A stretch of DNA of 63,815 nt, filler included, from Octopus bimaculoides (GCF_001194135.2; 7 parts of 7 records of this genome joined end to end with filler, not necessarily neighbours in it), one strand, 5' to 3'; shown: positions 34,959 to 47,209, counted from the whole stretch's first letter. Notes: generated by a model from the sequence alone, not told the origin. Numbers and translations: made by a program.

Positions 34959-35939
34959 TCTCCAGACATTTGATATCCTTGAACTGTACATCATGCTTTT
35001 GATGTTTCCGTTGCATTAACACTGTTGTCATTATCATAATCATCACCACCACCACCACTCTCATCGTTATTGCTACCCCCAATATCATCATCATCATCAT
35101 CATCAAGTTCATCATCATAATAACATATTCTTACAAGACAAGCATACATCTTTCAACTGACATTCAAGCTGCGACCATTCTGTCTTCTTCTGTTGCTTAT
35201 ATTTTATTGAGGATTATCTCATTCTAGCATTTTCATCCAATTTTAAAAATAGTTGCATAAACCAATGATCATCATCATCATCATCCTAAACATGGGGAAA
35301 TGGCAGATTTGTCAGATTGATTGGACTAAATGTCTGCAATATGAAATTAATTTACATTCTGAGTCCAGATCATCCTGAGATCAATTTTGCTTACCACATT
35401 TTTTTGGAGCAGATAAAAGCAATGTACCAGTCATGTACTGGTGTTAATTTAATCGACTGATTCTGAGGTCATTCACACTTTTTCATATAAGAAAGAGGTT
35501 ACGACTAACAATCCATGAATGAATCCTTTTTATGCAGTTTGTTTTGTAAGGACGGATCCTTTTGTAAACCCTTATGACAGCATTACTCCTGTGACCAGCA
35601 GTCACCTCCTCCAAGATATTATTTAAATATCACATTGAAATGGACAATTTCATACCAGAACCAGATGCTGCCTCAGGCAGGTTTCTTTGAGAACTATTAG
35701 ATATCCCACATGCTTCTACAGATTATCCTCCCATTTCTCTTCCCTCTTCCCAATAAGTTTCTACAAACAGATGTCATTAGTGCCTCACCTGAGTATCCAT
35801 TCCTTGCCAGGTACACTAAATTTCTTGAAACCATATTGGAATAAAGATACGACAAACCATTTTCTTTTGGCTGCAAAATCACCCCCTCCCACTCACCTCC
35901 TAACTCATGAATAATTAAAACTACAATACTTGTTATAAA

Positions 35940-36350
35940 CATTCATCATCATCATCGTCGTATATTGTATGCCTGCAGTGGATTGATGACAATCAAAGTC
36001 TTCCCGATTAAGAGTGGGTTCTTCAGCTGCTCCTTTGCCACTCCTGTCCAGCCAGTTCTTGATATTGTTCATCCATTGCATTCTTTACCTACCTTTAGAT
36101 CTATTGCCCTCTACTCTGCCTTCAATGATAATGTTTTCCAAACCTCTGTTTCTTCGAATATAGCCAAAATAGATAAGCTTTTGATTTTTCATAATGTTCA
36201 GGAGTTGTCTTTCACTTGTTATAACACTCGTTCATTTGTCTAATGGTCTTAGAAAGAGACTCGTAACATCTTTCTAGGCATCCACATTTCAGACGCATTC
36301 ACTATATTCTCTTCAAATTTGTTCAGTGTCCATGTTTTGCAATCATAAAT
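35940..36350 (-). mobile_element. RTE-clade LINE 3' end with (GAT)n tail
   Basis: Minus strand translates RGLENIIIEGRVEGNRSKGR*RMQWMNNIKNWL (G..EG.R.RGR...W motif) and ends GATGATGATGA. Confidence 0.8.
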
Positions 36351-36745
36351 GCCTATCAGCCAAATGAGTTCTCACACTACAAACACTAATTATTGCTAAT
36401 TATTTTCCATGGTAACCACATTTAATCGAGATTATATTCCAGGTCATTTTTCATAGCAACCACACATGACCAAAATTACACTCCCTGAAGATTGGAACTG
36501 AAGGACAATGCTTGCATGATGATGACAATCCTTTACTACCATCACATGAAGTCAAAGCAAGGAGGCAGTAACACACGCACACACACACACACACACACAC
36601 ATATGCACACACACACACCTACGTGCATGCATGCATGGCAGGCTTCTCCAGTTTCCATTGAACCATATCCCCTCACAATGCTTTGGTTGGTCCGGGTTTG
36701 TAAGTTAGTGGCTGGGTGGCATACTTTGTATGGGGTAAAGGGTGA

Positions 36746-37064
36746 GGGTAAGGACTTCCTTCGGTCATGAATGACCATGAGGTTACACCTGGAAAGTTCC
36801 CTTCCAAGGTACAAGTCCCTGCAAGGTCGTTTATGGAAGACCAGCAGTCACCCATGCATATCAGACTCCCCCTCTCCATGCCACTGATGGTATCCAAGAG
36901 AAAGGCGAAGGGGCTGATACAGTTTGGCACCAGTGATGCTGCAACTCATTTTTATAGCTGAGTGAACTGGAGCAATGTGAAATAAAGTGTCTTGCTCAAG
37001 GAATTGAACTCACTAACACATGATTGTGAGCCACATGCTCTAACCACTAAGCCATGTGCCTCCA
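36746..37064 (-). mobile_element. SINE family D copy (tRNA head plus CORE-like segment)
   Basis: Minus strand: GGAGGCACATGGCTTAGTGGTTAGAGC (A box), GAGTTCAATTCC (B box), CTTGAGCAAGACACTTTATTTCACATTGCTCC. Confidence 0.75.
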
Positions 37065-37076
37065 GAGCCATACTTT

Positions 37077-37296
37077 ATGGAGTGGCTGTGTGGTAAGTAG
37101 CTTGTTTACCAACCACATGGTTCTAGGTTTAGTCTCACTGTATGGCATCTTGGGCAAGTGCCTTCTACTATAGTCTCAGGTTGACCAAAGCTTTGTGAGT
37201 GGATTTGGTCTCCTCCCACCATCGCTTGACAACCAATGTTGGTATGTTTACATCCCCGTAACTTGGCAGTTCAGCAACAGTGACCAATAGAATAAG
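37077..37296 (+). mobile_element. SINE family B copy with internal deletion
   Basis: Head GGAGTGGCTGTGTGGTAAGTAGC and core present; jumps from GGATTTGGT to CCCACCATCGCTTGAC. Confidence 0.8.
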
Positions 37297-37500
37297 TGAA
37301 TCCTCTTCAGTTGCTGTTTTCACAGCATCATTATTGACAACAGTTGGTCTTCCTGATCGATACCCGTCCAGAAGATTGAAATCACCATTTTTGAATTTGT
37401 TAAACCACTTTGGGCATTTTCAAACACTCACACCATCAGGATATACAGTATATGTGTTTTCCCTTACACATGTTACAGTGTTACCCTTATGAATTTCACA
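37296..37500 (-). mobile_element. Mariner transposase N-terminal DNA-binding domain relic
   Basis: VYPDGVSV*KCPKWFNKFKNGDFNLLDGYRSGRPTVVNNDAVK matches the WF..FK.GDF.L.D..RSGRP mariner motif. Confidence 0.8.
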
Positions 37501-38206
37501 AAATATCTGGTGCTGAATATGCGCCTTACTAAAGTCCTTGTCTTCCATGGCCTACTAGACAGAGCATATACATGCACAGCACACCCACAATGATGTTTGG
37601 TTATTAACTCTCTGCTGTTTGGTTGATTGCAAGGATACCATTTTCTGGCTTAGTATGATATCAGACTTTTGGCTTGAAAAAATGATATTACTTTTCAATA
37701 CCCCTAACATGCACACACACACACACCTCTCTAAGAACTCATAAGTCATTTACTTTACCTTTCATATTAAGTTGTACATCAGATGATGTCTAATCCTTAT
37801 ATAACACACACCAATATATATTAAACACCCACAACATTATGATACACATATATATACACTCAGGTTTCTCTAATTTTGTAGTATTGTGTCACATTCCAAA
37901 CTTCAGTGGAATATCCATATCTAAATTAACTATTGTTAACCTTTCCAGTAGGTCAAATCCCTCCGTGGTGCTGCTGCTACTATAAATTATTGTTGTCTTT
38001 CAGGTTTGTCACTGTATGGTGTCTCAACTTTTTTACTTATTTTATAGAGTCATTTACTGGTTTATTTATTTCATTTCTTTTTCAAAAGCACATGTCCCGA
38101 GGCCTGTTGTTAGAGATTTGCTATCAAACATATTTGTGACATTTATCTGTTGGCACCATACTATCAGATATCATGCAATCTACGGAAGCAGATTTTTTTT
38201 CTCTTC

Positions 38207-38252
<46 letters not shown>

Positions 38253-38631
38253 CACATGCACACACATTTGGCTTTCTTTTTTGTTCAGGATTTTGAAAAA
38301 TTTCAAACTAAAATGAAATCGTAATTTTTTTCATACATTTTCTCTCGGAATATATTTCTTTTATGATCGTCATCATCATCATCATCATTATTGTCACGAC
38401 CAACATCATCACCATCATTCTCCTCCTCTTCATCATCACCACCACCACCATCATTGTCTTCATCACCATCATCGCCATTGTTATCACCAACTTCATTATC
38501 ATAAATATAGTTATCAATGTCATCATCATCCTAATCAGTATCATTATAATTATTATCCCCATCACTGCAAGTCTATCATATTTCTCTTACAACAGACAAA
38601 TTATTATTATTATTATTGTTTTACTTCTCAG

Positions 38632-38715
38632 AGTGCTTGGTCTAGTTTGCCCTGGGAGATTCTGGGAGAGCAGACAGCAGCCTGCAGCCAAAGGCCTCAC
38701 AGGGTCTCTTTCTGA
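38632..38715 (+). CDS. Very weak candidate terminal exon
   Basis: Acceptor TTGTTTTACTTCTCAG| then SAWSSLPWEILGEQTAACSQRPHRVSF*; another frame is also open; no homology recognised. Confidence 0.2.
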   Translation, partial: SAWSSLPWEILGEQTAACSQRPHRVSF

Positions 38716-39092
38716 CCATTATAAGCATTGATGCCTGGTTGTTAATTACCGTGGAAGACATTCAACATCCAAAATGTATATGTTCTGATGCATTGATTAA
38801 AGAGGGGAAATTAATGAAAAAAAAAATTTAATACATGGAAAAAAACAGCAACAAAAGCATTTTTAGACAGAAAATGGTTGTATCTGAAATATTAGATTTT
38901 CATGAGGAATTCATAATGTGTTTAGCTTAGCATTGACTATTTTCAGAATGGATATGCTCTGTATATGTACAGAATGCATAAGATATTTGAAGACAGATAT
39001 ATGTTTATAAAAAAAACAGATATATTACAGATAATAACTTTATTTACCAAAAATTGCTATGAGGATAAATATAAACCTTCTTTTCTATAATG

Positions 39093-39740
39093 TTATTCGA
39101 TAAAGCCACCTTCAGCATCAAAAACTGCTTCTATATGAGATCTAAATCATCTCCATGCTCGAATCAAGTGATCTTGGTTCATTTTGGACATTACTTTGAC
39201 TCTGGCAGCTTTCAAAGAATCATTGGTGTTATAGGCATGTTCACTGACCTCTCTCTCAAAAAAACGCTCCACATGTAATTGTCCAATGGATTGAGATCTG
39301 GGGAATTAGGAGGCCAAATGTTAGGGGTTATGTGACCATGAAAATTTTCAGCCATCCATTCCTGTGTTACTAGAGCCATGTGTGATAGTGCAGAGTTTTG
39401 GTGAAACACATATGGCCTTCCATTGCAAACACTGTCTATCCAGGGCTTAACAATTATTTCCAGGACCACAAGGTAGTCGGCAGAATTAGCTGTAAGGCGC
39501 TGTGGAAAGAAATAAGGATGCATCACATGTCCTTCATTGCTGACAACCTCTAAAACCATGACAGTTGCAGGAAATTTTGTATGCATAACACTTGGAACTT
39601 CAGAAGGGTCTGCACACAACCATCGGTCATTTCTTCTGTTAACCTTTTGATCTTGGTTGAAGTTTTTCGTAATTGAGAAAAGCCAAATCAAATCTTCGGA
39701 TCTTTCTGATTTGGCGGGCACCACTTGTTTTCTTAACAAA
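39093..39740 (-). mobile_element. maT-family (DD37D) Tc1/mariner transposase pseudogene, 5'-truncated
   Basis: WLFSITKNF...KFPATVMVL...PYVFHQNSALSH...WPPNSPDLNPLD; 37 residues between the second acidic position (mutated to N) and the last D; a frameshifted C-terminus ends EAVFDAEGGFIE*. Confidence 0.9.
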
Positions 39741-40044
39741 ACATTTTCAAACTTGGGACACTGGTAGAATGTGTCATATAAAGCATCTTAAACTTTTAGT
39801 GTCATTGAGAAAACTTTATCTTTTGAAAGTTATTTCGTGTTAAAATTGTCGTATTTCGGTAATTTCAACCAATCGCTGACGTCTATTGAGGTGAAAACAA
39901 TTACTGCTGTGGAATGTAAACAACATGTTCTAGCGGTGTCATGGGATCTTTTCCCTTGACTGAAATTAGTGCCGTTGTTTGTCAACAACAACTATCGGTG
40001 GTTCTGTTATTTATGACATCGTTCGTGTGTTTGTACTTGGTTTT

Positions 40045-40161
40045 AGCTTTAGGTTTAAGGTTCGGGTTTTAGGGTTAGGAGGTTAGAGTTAGGGTTAGGG
40101 TTTTAGGGTTTTAGGGTTATGAGTATTTAAACACTCATAACCCTAACCCTAACCCTATCCC
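40045..40161. repeat. Telomere-like repeats in head-to-head palindrome
   Basis: Degenerate (TTAGGG)n, then TATGAGTATTTAAACACTCATA, then (ACCCTA)n. Confidence 0.8.
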
Positions 40162-40196
40162 TCTACTCTATACTTTTCTAGAGTACAAATTTATTA

Positions 40197-40317
40197 TTCT
40201 TAAATAAGAATATTATTGTCAATGACTTCAAAGTTTCAACCAGCTAAGCCATCATCCAACAGTGGCCTAACTGGCTGAAACTTTGAAATCACAGCCGATA
40301 ATATTCTTGTTTAAGGA
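40197..40317. repeat. About 55-bp-arm imperfect inverted repeat
   Basis: TCTTAAATAAGAATATTAT...TTCAAAGTTTCAACCAGCTAAGCCA versus TGGCCTAACTGGCTGAAACTTTGAA...ATAATATTCTTGTTTAAGGA. Confidence 0.75.
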
Positions 40318-40366
40318 TTATGTATATATATAAAAACTATGGGACCTGGCGTGGCAAGGCATATAT

Positions 40367-40638
40367 ATCATCATCATCATCATCATCATCGTCATTTAAC
40401 ATCCGCTTTCCATGCTAGCATGGGTTGGACGATTTGACTGAGGACTGGTGAAACCGGATGGCAATAACAGGCTCCAATCTAATTTGGCAGAGTTTCTACA
40501 GCTGGATGCCATTCCTAACGCCAACCACTCAGAGAGTGTAGTAGGTGCTTTTACGTGTCACCCGCACGAAAACGGCCACGCTCGAAATGTTGTCTTTTAT
40601 GTGCCACCCGCACAAGCCAGTCCAGGGGCACTGGCAAC
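40367..40638 (-). mobile_element. SINE-like family C copy
   Basis: Near reverse complement of 25794-26036, with a (CAT)n tail on the + strand. Confidence 0.85.
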
Positions 40639-41159
40639 NNNNNNNNNNNNNNNNNNNNNNNNNNNNNNNNNNNNNNNNNNNNTTAATTAATTAANNNNNN
40701 NNNNNNNNNNNNNNNNNNNNNNNNNNNNNNNNNNNNNNATATATATATGAGTGTGAGTATGTATGCATATATACGTATGTGTATATACATGTGTGTGCAC
40801 ACACACACACACACACACACGCACACACACACACACACACTCGTGTATATTCATGTACAACACAGCATGAACCAGGACTGAAGTATAGGCTTTGCAATAT
40901 TTAAATTTGCGAGTTTGAGCGTATGTATGTACGTACGTACATACGTACGTACGTACGTATGTACGTATGTATGTATGTATGTACGTATGTTTGTACGTAT
41001 ATATGTATGTACATACGTACATATGTATGTATGTATATATGTATGTATGTATGTGTGCGTGTGTATGCGTATATGATGTAAGTATATTGTATGTTCATGA
41101 GAAACTTTAAACGTACCGGGTAACATAAACTAACAAAGGACTTATTCGTTTGAACAACT

Positions 41160-41199
<40 letters not shown>

Positions 41200-41301
41200 C
41201 TCTCTCTTTTTCTTGCGCGCGCTCTCTCTTTCTCTCTCCCTCTCTCTCTTTCTTTCTCTCCCTCTCTCTCTCATACGCACATTCTCTCGGTCTCTCTCTT
41301 T

Positions 41302-41343
<42 letters not shown>

Positions 41344-42415
41344 CTCGTCCATCGTAACATCATGACTAGCCAATATCCAACCCAGTCATTCGAACGTCAC
41401 TAACTTCTTGATGAAATGTATCTAATAATTAATTAAAGATAAGACTATCCTAATTAGCCTTAACATAGAATGAAGCAACAACAGAAACAATAAAACTGGA
41501 TCCATATCAATCCATAAATGTGCCGTAACCCACTAGGTGTACGAATGGGGATTCAATCAATAGTATGAACAACACACTGGAAACCGAACCAAAAGAGGCT
41601 CGGATACTGTAAAGTAACAACAATTTTAATCTAAACATAGATATCATACTATCAGCTAGCCTATTGGAACTCATCGTAATTTAGATACACACACACTTAT
41701 AAATATATGATACAAATAAGATGATAATTTTTTCGAACGCAGAAACGCCGTTATAACAGCAGAAATATTGAGTACCCTTACAATGCACAAAAATTTGTCA
41801 ACAAACGAAATTTGTCAAAGCACTCAGCCGATGTCTTTGAGGGGCGTAAGTTCAAGTCCCATGTCTGTTTCTTGACAAATTTTTTCGCTTTTTAAGAGTA
41901 ATTTACCCAATATTTCTGGGGAAATTTTTCGATAATATAATTCTTTATACTTTAAACTTTTTTTCCTTTTTCTTTTAATCAATTTATTTTTTGATACATT
42001 TCTTGTTTCCAATCGCGTTCTAAGTTGAAATGTCAAGTCATGCCTATAGTTATTTTTTAGTGTTGAGACACAGTCTAGTAACATTTTGTTGCACAGAAAA
42101 AAATTGATATTATTGAATTAATTTATACTTTACATTAACAAGATTAATATCATATAGAAATAAACTAGACATTGAACACGGTGCATAGTCACTGATGAAA
42201 TGCAAGCACATGTACTGAAACCATTCCAGTTGTTTCTTGTTTTTCTGTCCTTGAAAATATTCTTTATGCAGGCGAGTTGTTTACATCATTCGTGCATAGA
42301 ACGTTGGTTAAAAATCTATAGAAAAATTTTATAGCACAGGGCAATGAAACTGTTGAGCTATAAATCACACACGTACATACACACGCATATCCATAAATAC
42401 ACACACACACACACA

Positions 42416-42510
<95 letters not shown>

Positions 42511-42591
42511 ACACATATTTCAAAATGTAACCACATGTGAATCGTTGACTATTTTCTTCCTCCGTCTTTCCTTCTATTAGACTTACCTCTC

Positions 42592-42626
42592 TTTCCGAAG
42601 AAGAGCGTCTGCTCGAAATGTTAAAC
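42592..42626 (+). ncRNA. Degenerate Penelope-type hammerhead motif
   Basis: CCGAAGA A GAGC GTCT GCTC GAAA TGTTA; U4 replaced by C; helix I only about 2 bp. Confidence 0.4.
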
Positions 42627-42741
42627 CATGTTTCTTTCCTTCTCTGAGAGTCTGCTAATACTTTACATGTACTACGTCTTCGCGTTGTTGTTTTCTTTTC
42701 TGAGTTTGTTCTTTTTGGGATTTACTATATATATAAAATAT

Positions 42742-43195
42742 ATGTGACTGTCCTATAGAGGACGGTGTTACTGTTGTTTTTAGCCCCAGGAAGACATCTC
42801 CAGCTGGCCAACGACACACAGTCTGTGTCCGATTAGTATTTGCAAGGGAGGTCATCACTCCCATCTCTAGCCTTACATGATACACACAGACCCGGGTTTC
42901 TGGGTGGTTACCTGTCTTCAGTGTGTGTTAATCACTGGCTAGTGATAAAAACTCATCCCACTCGCAAAATACTTCATCATTTTTCAAGCAACACACTGTC
43001 GCTGATTTCGTAAAGAGAGAGATAAGTTATATTAAATCTCTGGGCAAGAAATAAACAGTAACCATGCAGAATCGTAAAATATATTTGCCAACTAAATGTG
43101 GAGGTCCTATAGAGGACGGTGTTACTGTGGTTTTTAGCCCCAAGAAGATATCTCCTCCAGCTGGCCAATGACACACAGTATGTGTCCGATTAGTA
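42742..43195 (-). mobile_element. Retrozyme-like repeat, subfamily 2, about 1.3 tandem units
   Basis: 42750-42839 is repeated at 43104-43195 (offset 354-357); one hammerhead lies between the repeats. Confidence 0.75.
42867..42942 (-). ncRNA. Type I hammerhead ribozyme with extended helix I
   Basis: Minus strand: CTAGCC AGTGAT TA ACACACA CTGAAGA CAGGT AACC ACCCA GAAAC CCGG GTC^TGTGTGT ATCAT GTAA GGCTAG; cleavage predicted between 42889 and 42888. Confidence 0.85.
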
Positions 43196-43224
43196 TATAT
43201 ATAATATGTATATATATAAATATA

Positions 43225-43260
<36 letters not shown>

Positions 43261-43270
43261 TGTATGTATG

Positions 43271-43329
<59 letters not shown>

Positions 43330-43355
43330 ATATGTATGTATGTATGTGTGCGTGC

Positions 43356-43437
<82 letters not shown>
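43195..43437. repeat. Compound (AT)n-(ATGT)n-(GT)n microsatellite
   Basis: Directly visible; truncates the upstream retrozyme unit. Confidence 0.95.
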
Positions 43438-43439
<2 letters not shown>

Positions 43440-43796
43440 ATAAAAGCGAAATTCTGTGTCTAGGACCCCTGTAGTTCAGTCTACATTTACTCTACATAGA
43501 CATATTATACCTTTTTGGAATTAGGACGATATCAGGATTGAAAATCTGTCCTTTATTTGATTCTTGAACATCCAGCATTGGGATCTGATTTAAAAGCATT
43601 TGGGCTGCTATTTCTAGCAGGTAAAGCGACCGTGAGAGGCACAAGAGTTATCTCCCTTAGCTTTAAGTTCTACTAAAGAATTTTGTGTTTTTTTTTTTTA
43701 ATCTTTTTCAGTCATTAGACTGCGGCCACGCTAGGACTCCGCTTTGAAGAATTTTAATCGAACAAATCGACACCAGTTCTTTCTTTTTTATGCCTG

Positions 43797-44232
43797 GTAC
43801 ATTGCACGACCTCTTCATAAATATTTTGTGGGTAGGCCGTGTACCACAGGACTTTAAGGGTGCCCCAATTCAACATCTTTATAAGAACAGAAGTGTATAT
43901 GATAATCATCGCGGGGTATCCCTTCTGTCTATTACTGGTAAGGCTTTTGCTCGACTCATTCTTGAAAGGATCACCAAACACGTCATAAATGACATCCATC
44001 CAGAAACACAGTACAGATTTCGCTCAGTCCGTGGCGCACTATCGACATGATCTTTTTCGTTCGTTAGGTCGTTGAAAAGGTACACGAGAAAAATCAGAAG
44101 CTGTATATAGTGGTGTCCGTTGAACTTTCTAAGGCCTTCGACACCTAACCGACAGGCGCTTTGGATAGTTCAGAAAAAGCTGTTGTTTGTTATCACCTCC
44201 TTTGATGAGGGAATGAAAGCTGCGGCGGGGAA
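43797..44232 (+). mobile_element. RTE-clade reverse transcriptase fragment
   Basis: VPQDFKGAPIQHLYKN...NHRGVSLLSITGKAFARLIL...PETQYRFR, then frameshifted DMIF and LSKAFDT. Confidence 0.85.
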
Positions 44233-44377
44233 TTTTAGCTTCTTTCGATATTACAAGTGGCATACAAGCATACGCGCGCGCACACACACATAGCGCGCAC
44301 ATGCATACACAGACACACACACACACAGACACACACACGGACACACACACACATATACATTCATATAAATATATATG

Positions 44378-44702
44378 ACGGACTCTTCCATCGAAGATGA
44401 CGTATGGGTGTTCAGCTGTTGCCGAACGACTTGCACAAATAATTTATTTATAGTGATCAAATGTCCGTGCTGCTCATTAGCTCACTCTCTACATCAAATC
44501 GACGTTTATATATTGCCTATATAAACGACTTTGCCCGAACAGGTGCATGGTGTTCCACACGTCAGGTGTCGAAATGATCCCAGAGCAATGTGAGATGAAG
44601 TATTTTGTTCTAGAACACAACGCGCCACCCGGTCTAGGATTCGAAACCACGATCTCGCGCTCGTGAGTGCAACACCCTAAGCGCTAAGCCATGTGCCCTC
44701 AC
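44378..44702 (-). mobile_element. tRNA-derived CORE-type SINE related to family D head
   Basis: Minus strand: GGGCACATGGCTTAGCGCTTAGGG (A box), GGTTTCGAATCC (B box), TTCTAGAACAAAATACTTCATCTCACATTGCTC. Confidence 0.7.
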
Positions 44703-45795
44703 TACATAGGGTATACATCCTCACACATACACACACACGCATACACACATACATACATAAATACATACATACATACATACATACATACATAATACAAATG
44801 ATATATGACCATATGCATGTATACATACATGTATATACATACCTACATCTACATGTATATATAGATGCATATCCGGGTACAGGACGTCAGAAAAATGAAC
44901 AGGAACATACATACATACATACATACATACATACATACATACATAATGGCTGCAAACTAGTGTTAGAGTATTGCTAACGTCAGATCGAAAGTCCCACACA
45001 TGCGAAGGCTACGACCAGCCATTTTTGTGATAGGTCTTTCTTTTCTTTTTAAACGATGCCTGTGCATGATGATTTTTTAAAAAAAATTTTTATAGTGGAT
45101 AAAGGATTTGCAAATTCAATCCTACTCTCTAAACAGGGACAACAAAGACTCGAAAAGAACTAGTCTACATCATGGAATATTGTCAGTGTCGCAGGTTTTC
45201 TCTAAGAGTTTCCCCTCTCCTAGAGAGAAGTTGTAACAACAACAGAGAGGCTTCTCACTCCCAGTGGGCCAACCGCGCGCCTGGACACCAACCCAGGTAT
45301 TTACCACAACCACACGCGCAGACATACTCACACACATACCATGCATACATGGAACTGTAAAGATATGTAAAACTTTCCAAAAGTTTAGCACATAAATACA
45401 TATGCATGCATCTAGACATAAAAACGCATCCATAAAACAAACATACAAATCTGCGCATACACTAACACCAAATACTGCACACACACACATATATGCACAA
45501 ATACCTAGATGATGTTGATAAAAGTTCCAATGAAGGAGCCTTGAATCTATGTTAGAGTCCGGCTCTTTCTCTATGGACAAGAAATACAGAAATGAAACTG
45601 ATTGATAACATACATACATACATANNNNNNNNNNNNNNNNNNNNNNNNNNNNNNNNNNNNNNNNNNNNNNNNNNNNNNNNNNNNNNNNNNNNNNNNNNNN
45701 NNNNNNNNNNNNNNNNNNNNNNNNNNNNNNNNNNNNNNNNNNNNNNNNNNNNNNNNNNNNNNNNNNNNNNNNNNNNNNNNNNNNNNNNNNNNNNN

Positions 45796-46060
45796 GACCC
45801 CAGGACTTATTCTTTGTAAGCCTAGTACTTATTCTATCGGCCTCTTTTTGCCGAACCGCTAAGTTACGGGGACGTAAACACACCACCATCGGTTGTCAAG
45901 CGATGTTGGGGGGACAAACACAGACACACAAACATATACACACACATATATATACATATATACGACGGGCTTCTTTCAGTTTCCGTCTACCAAATCCACT
46001 GACAAGGCTTTGGTCGGCCCGAGGCTATAGTAGAAGACACTTGCCCAAGGTGCCACACAT
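45796..46060 (-). mobile_element. SINE family B copy, young, CpG intact
   Basis: Near-consensus 3' region and core; head missing after GGTGCCACAC. Confidence 0.9.
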
Positions 46061-46654
46061 GCACTTTCAGGTAGCAGCCCAGCTATTTCTACACCCCCAG
46101 CACATACATACATGCATGCACATATACACACGAACACATACATATATACTACATGCATACATCCACTTTTTCAGGTAACATTGAAATACGGGCCTGTTAG
46201 AAATAACATCATGCTCTAATCTTTAACACATTCTATTGTGGTTTGCCCAGCATGACGTTCCATATTTTGCCGTTGTTTTGTTAGTTACTGTTTTCTCTTA
46301 GTATTTTCTCTTTGCATTCAGTAGATTATAGTGTTCTATATATATTTTTCTACAACAGCTGTACAACCCTCTCGTGCGTAGGTTATTTTCTCGCATTTTA
46401 AGTGGCTTCTCCGCTAGGTCAATTGATATGTCAAAGTCTAGCTTCCTCATTCTACATCAGTCAATGGCCATACATTCTTTATTGCTCCAGGTCCAGTTTT
46501 GCCAGCGACGTCACTTCACCAAGGCAGTAATAAATACCTTTGCTGTGTGTAAACGCAGCTGTGATTAACAACAAGCTCGCAAGTTCGCATCGCTTTAACT
46601 TCCTGTCCTGCCTAAATTTTAGGGTTTCTTGCTTGAACCGTGAAAGAAAGTTCA

Positions 46655-46706
<52 letters not shown>

Positions 46707-47030
46707 TGAGAGAGTGAGTGAGAGACAGAGAGAGGAATGGGAGAGCGTGAGAAGAGAAGGAAACAAAAGTCTCACTATATATATATATATANNNNNNNNN
46801 NNNNNNNNNNNNNNNNNNNNNNNNNNNNNNNNNNNTTAATTAATTAANNNNNNNNNNNNNNNNNNNNNNNNNNNNNNNNNNNNNNNNNNNNCTGTATTTC
46901 AGAGATTACTCATTCGCACGCGGCCCTCGTGCCCGTCTGTGCGTGGTGTGGATGTAGCATGAAACTGACGGAGCGACAGAAGAGAGAGCGCGCGCAAGTG
47001 TGTGTGTGTGAGAGAGAGAGAGAGAGGGGG

Positions 47031-47078
<48 letters not shown>

Positions 47079-47157
47079 GTGCGACTGCTAATTAAGTACG
47101 TATAAGTGTGAGGTGTCAAATGCATGTGTGTTAGTAAACCGAAACCTGTATGATACC

Positions 47158-47209
<52 letters not shown>

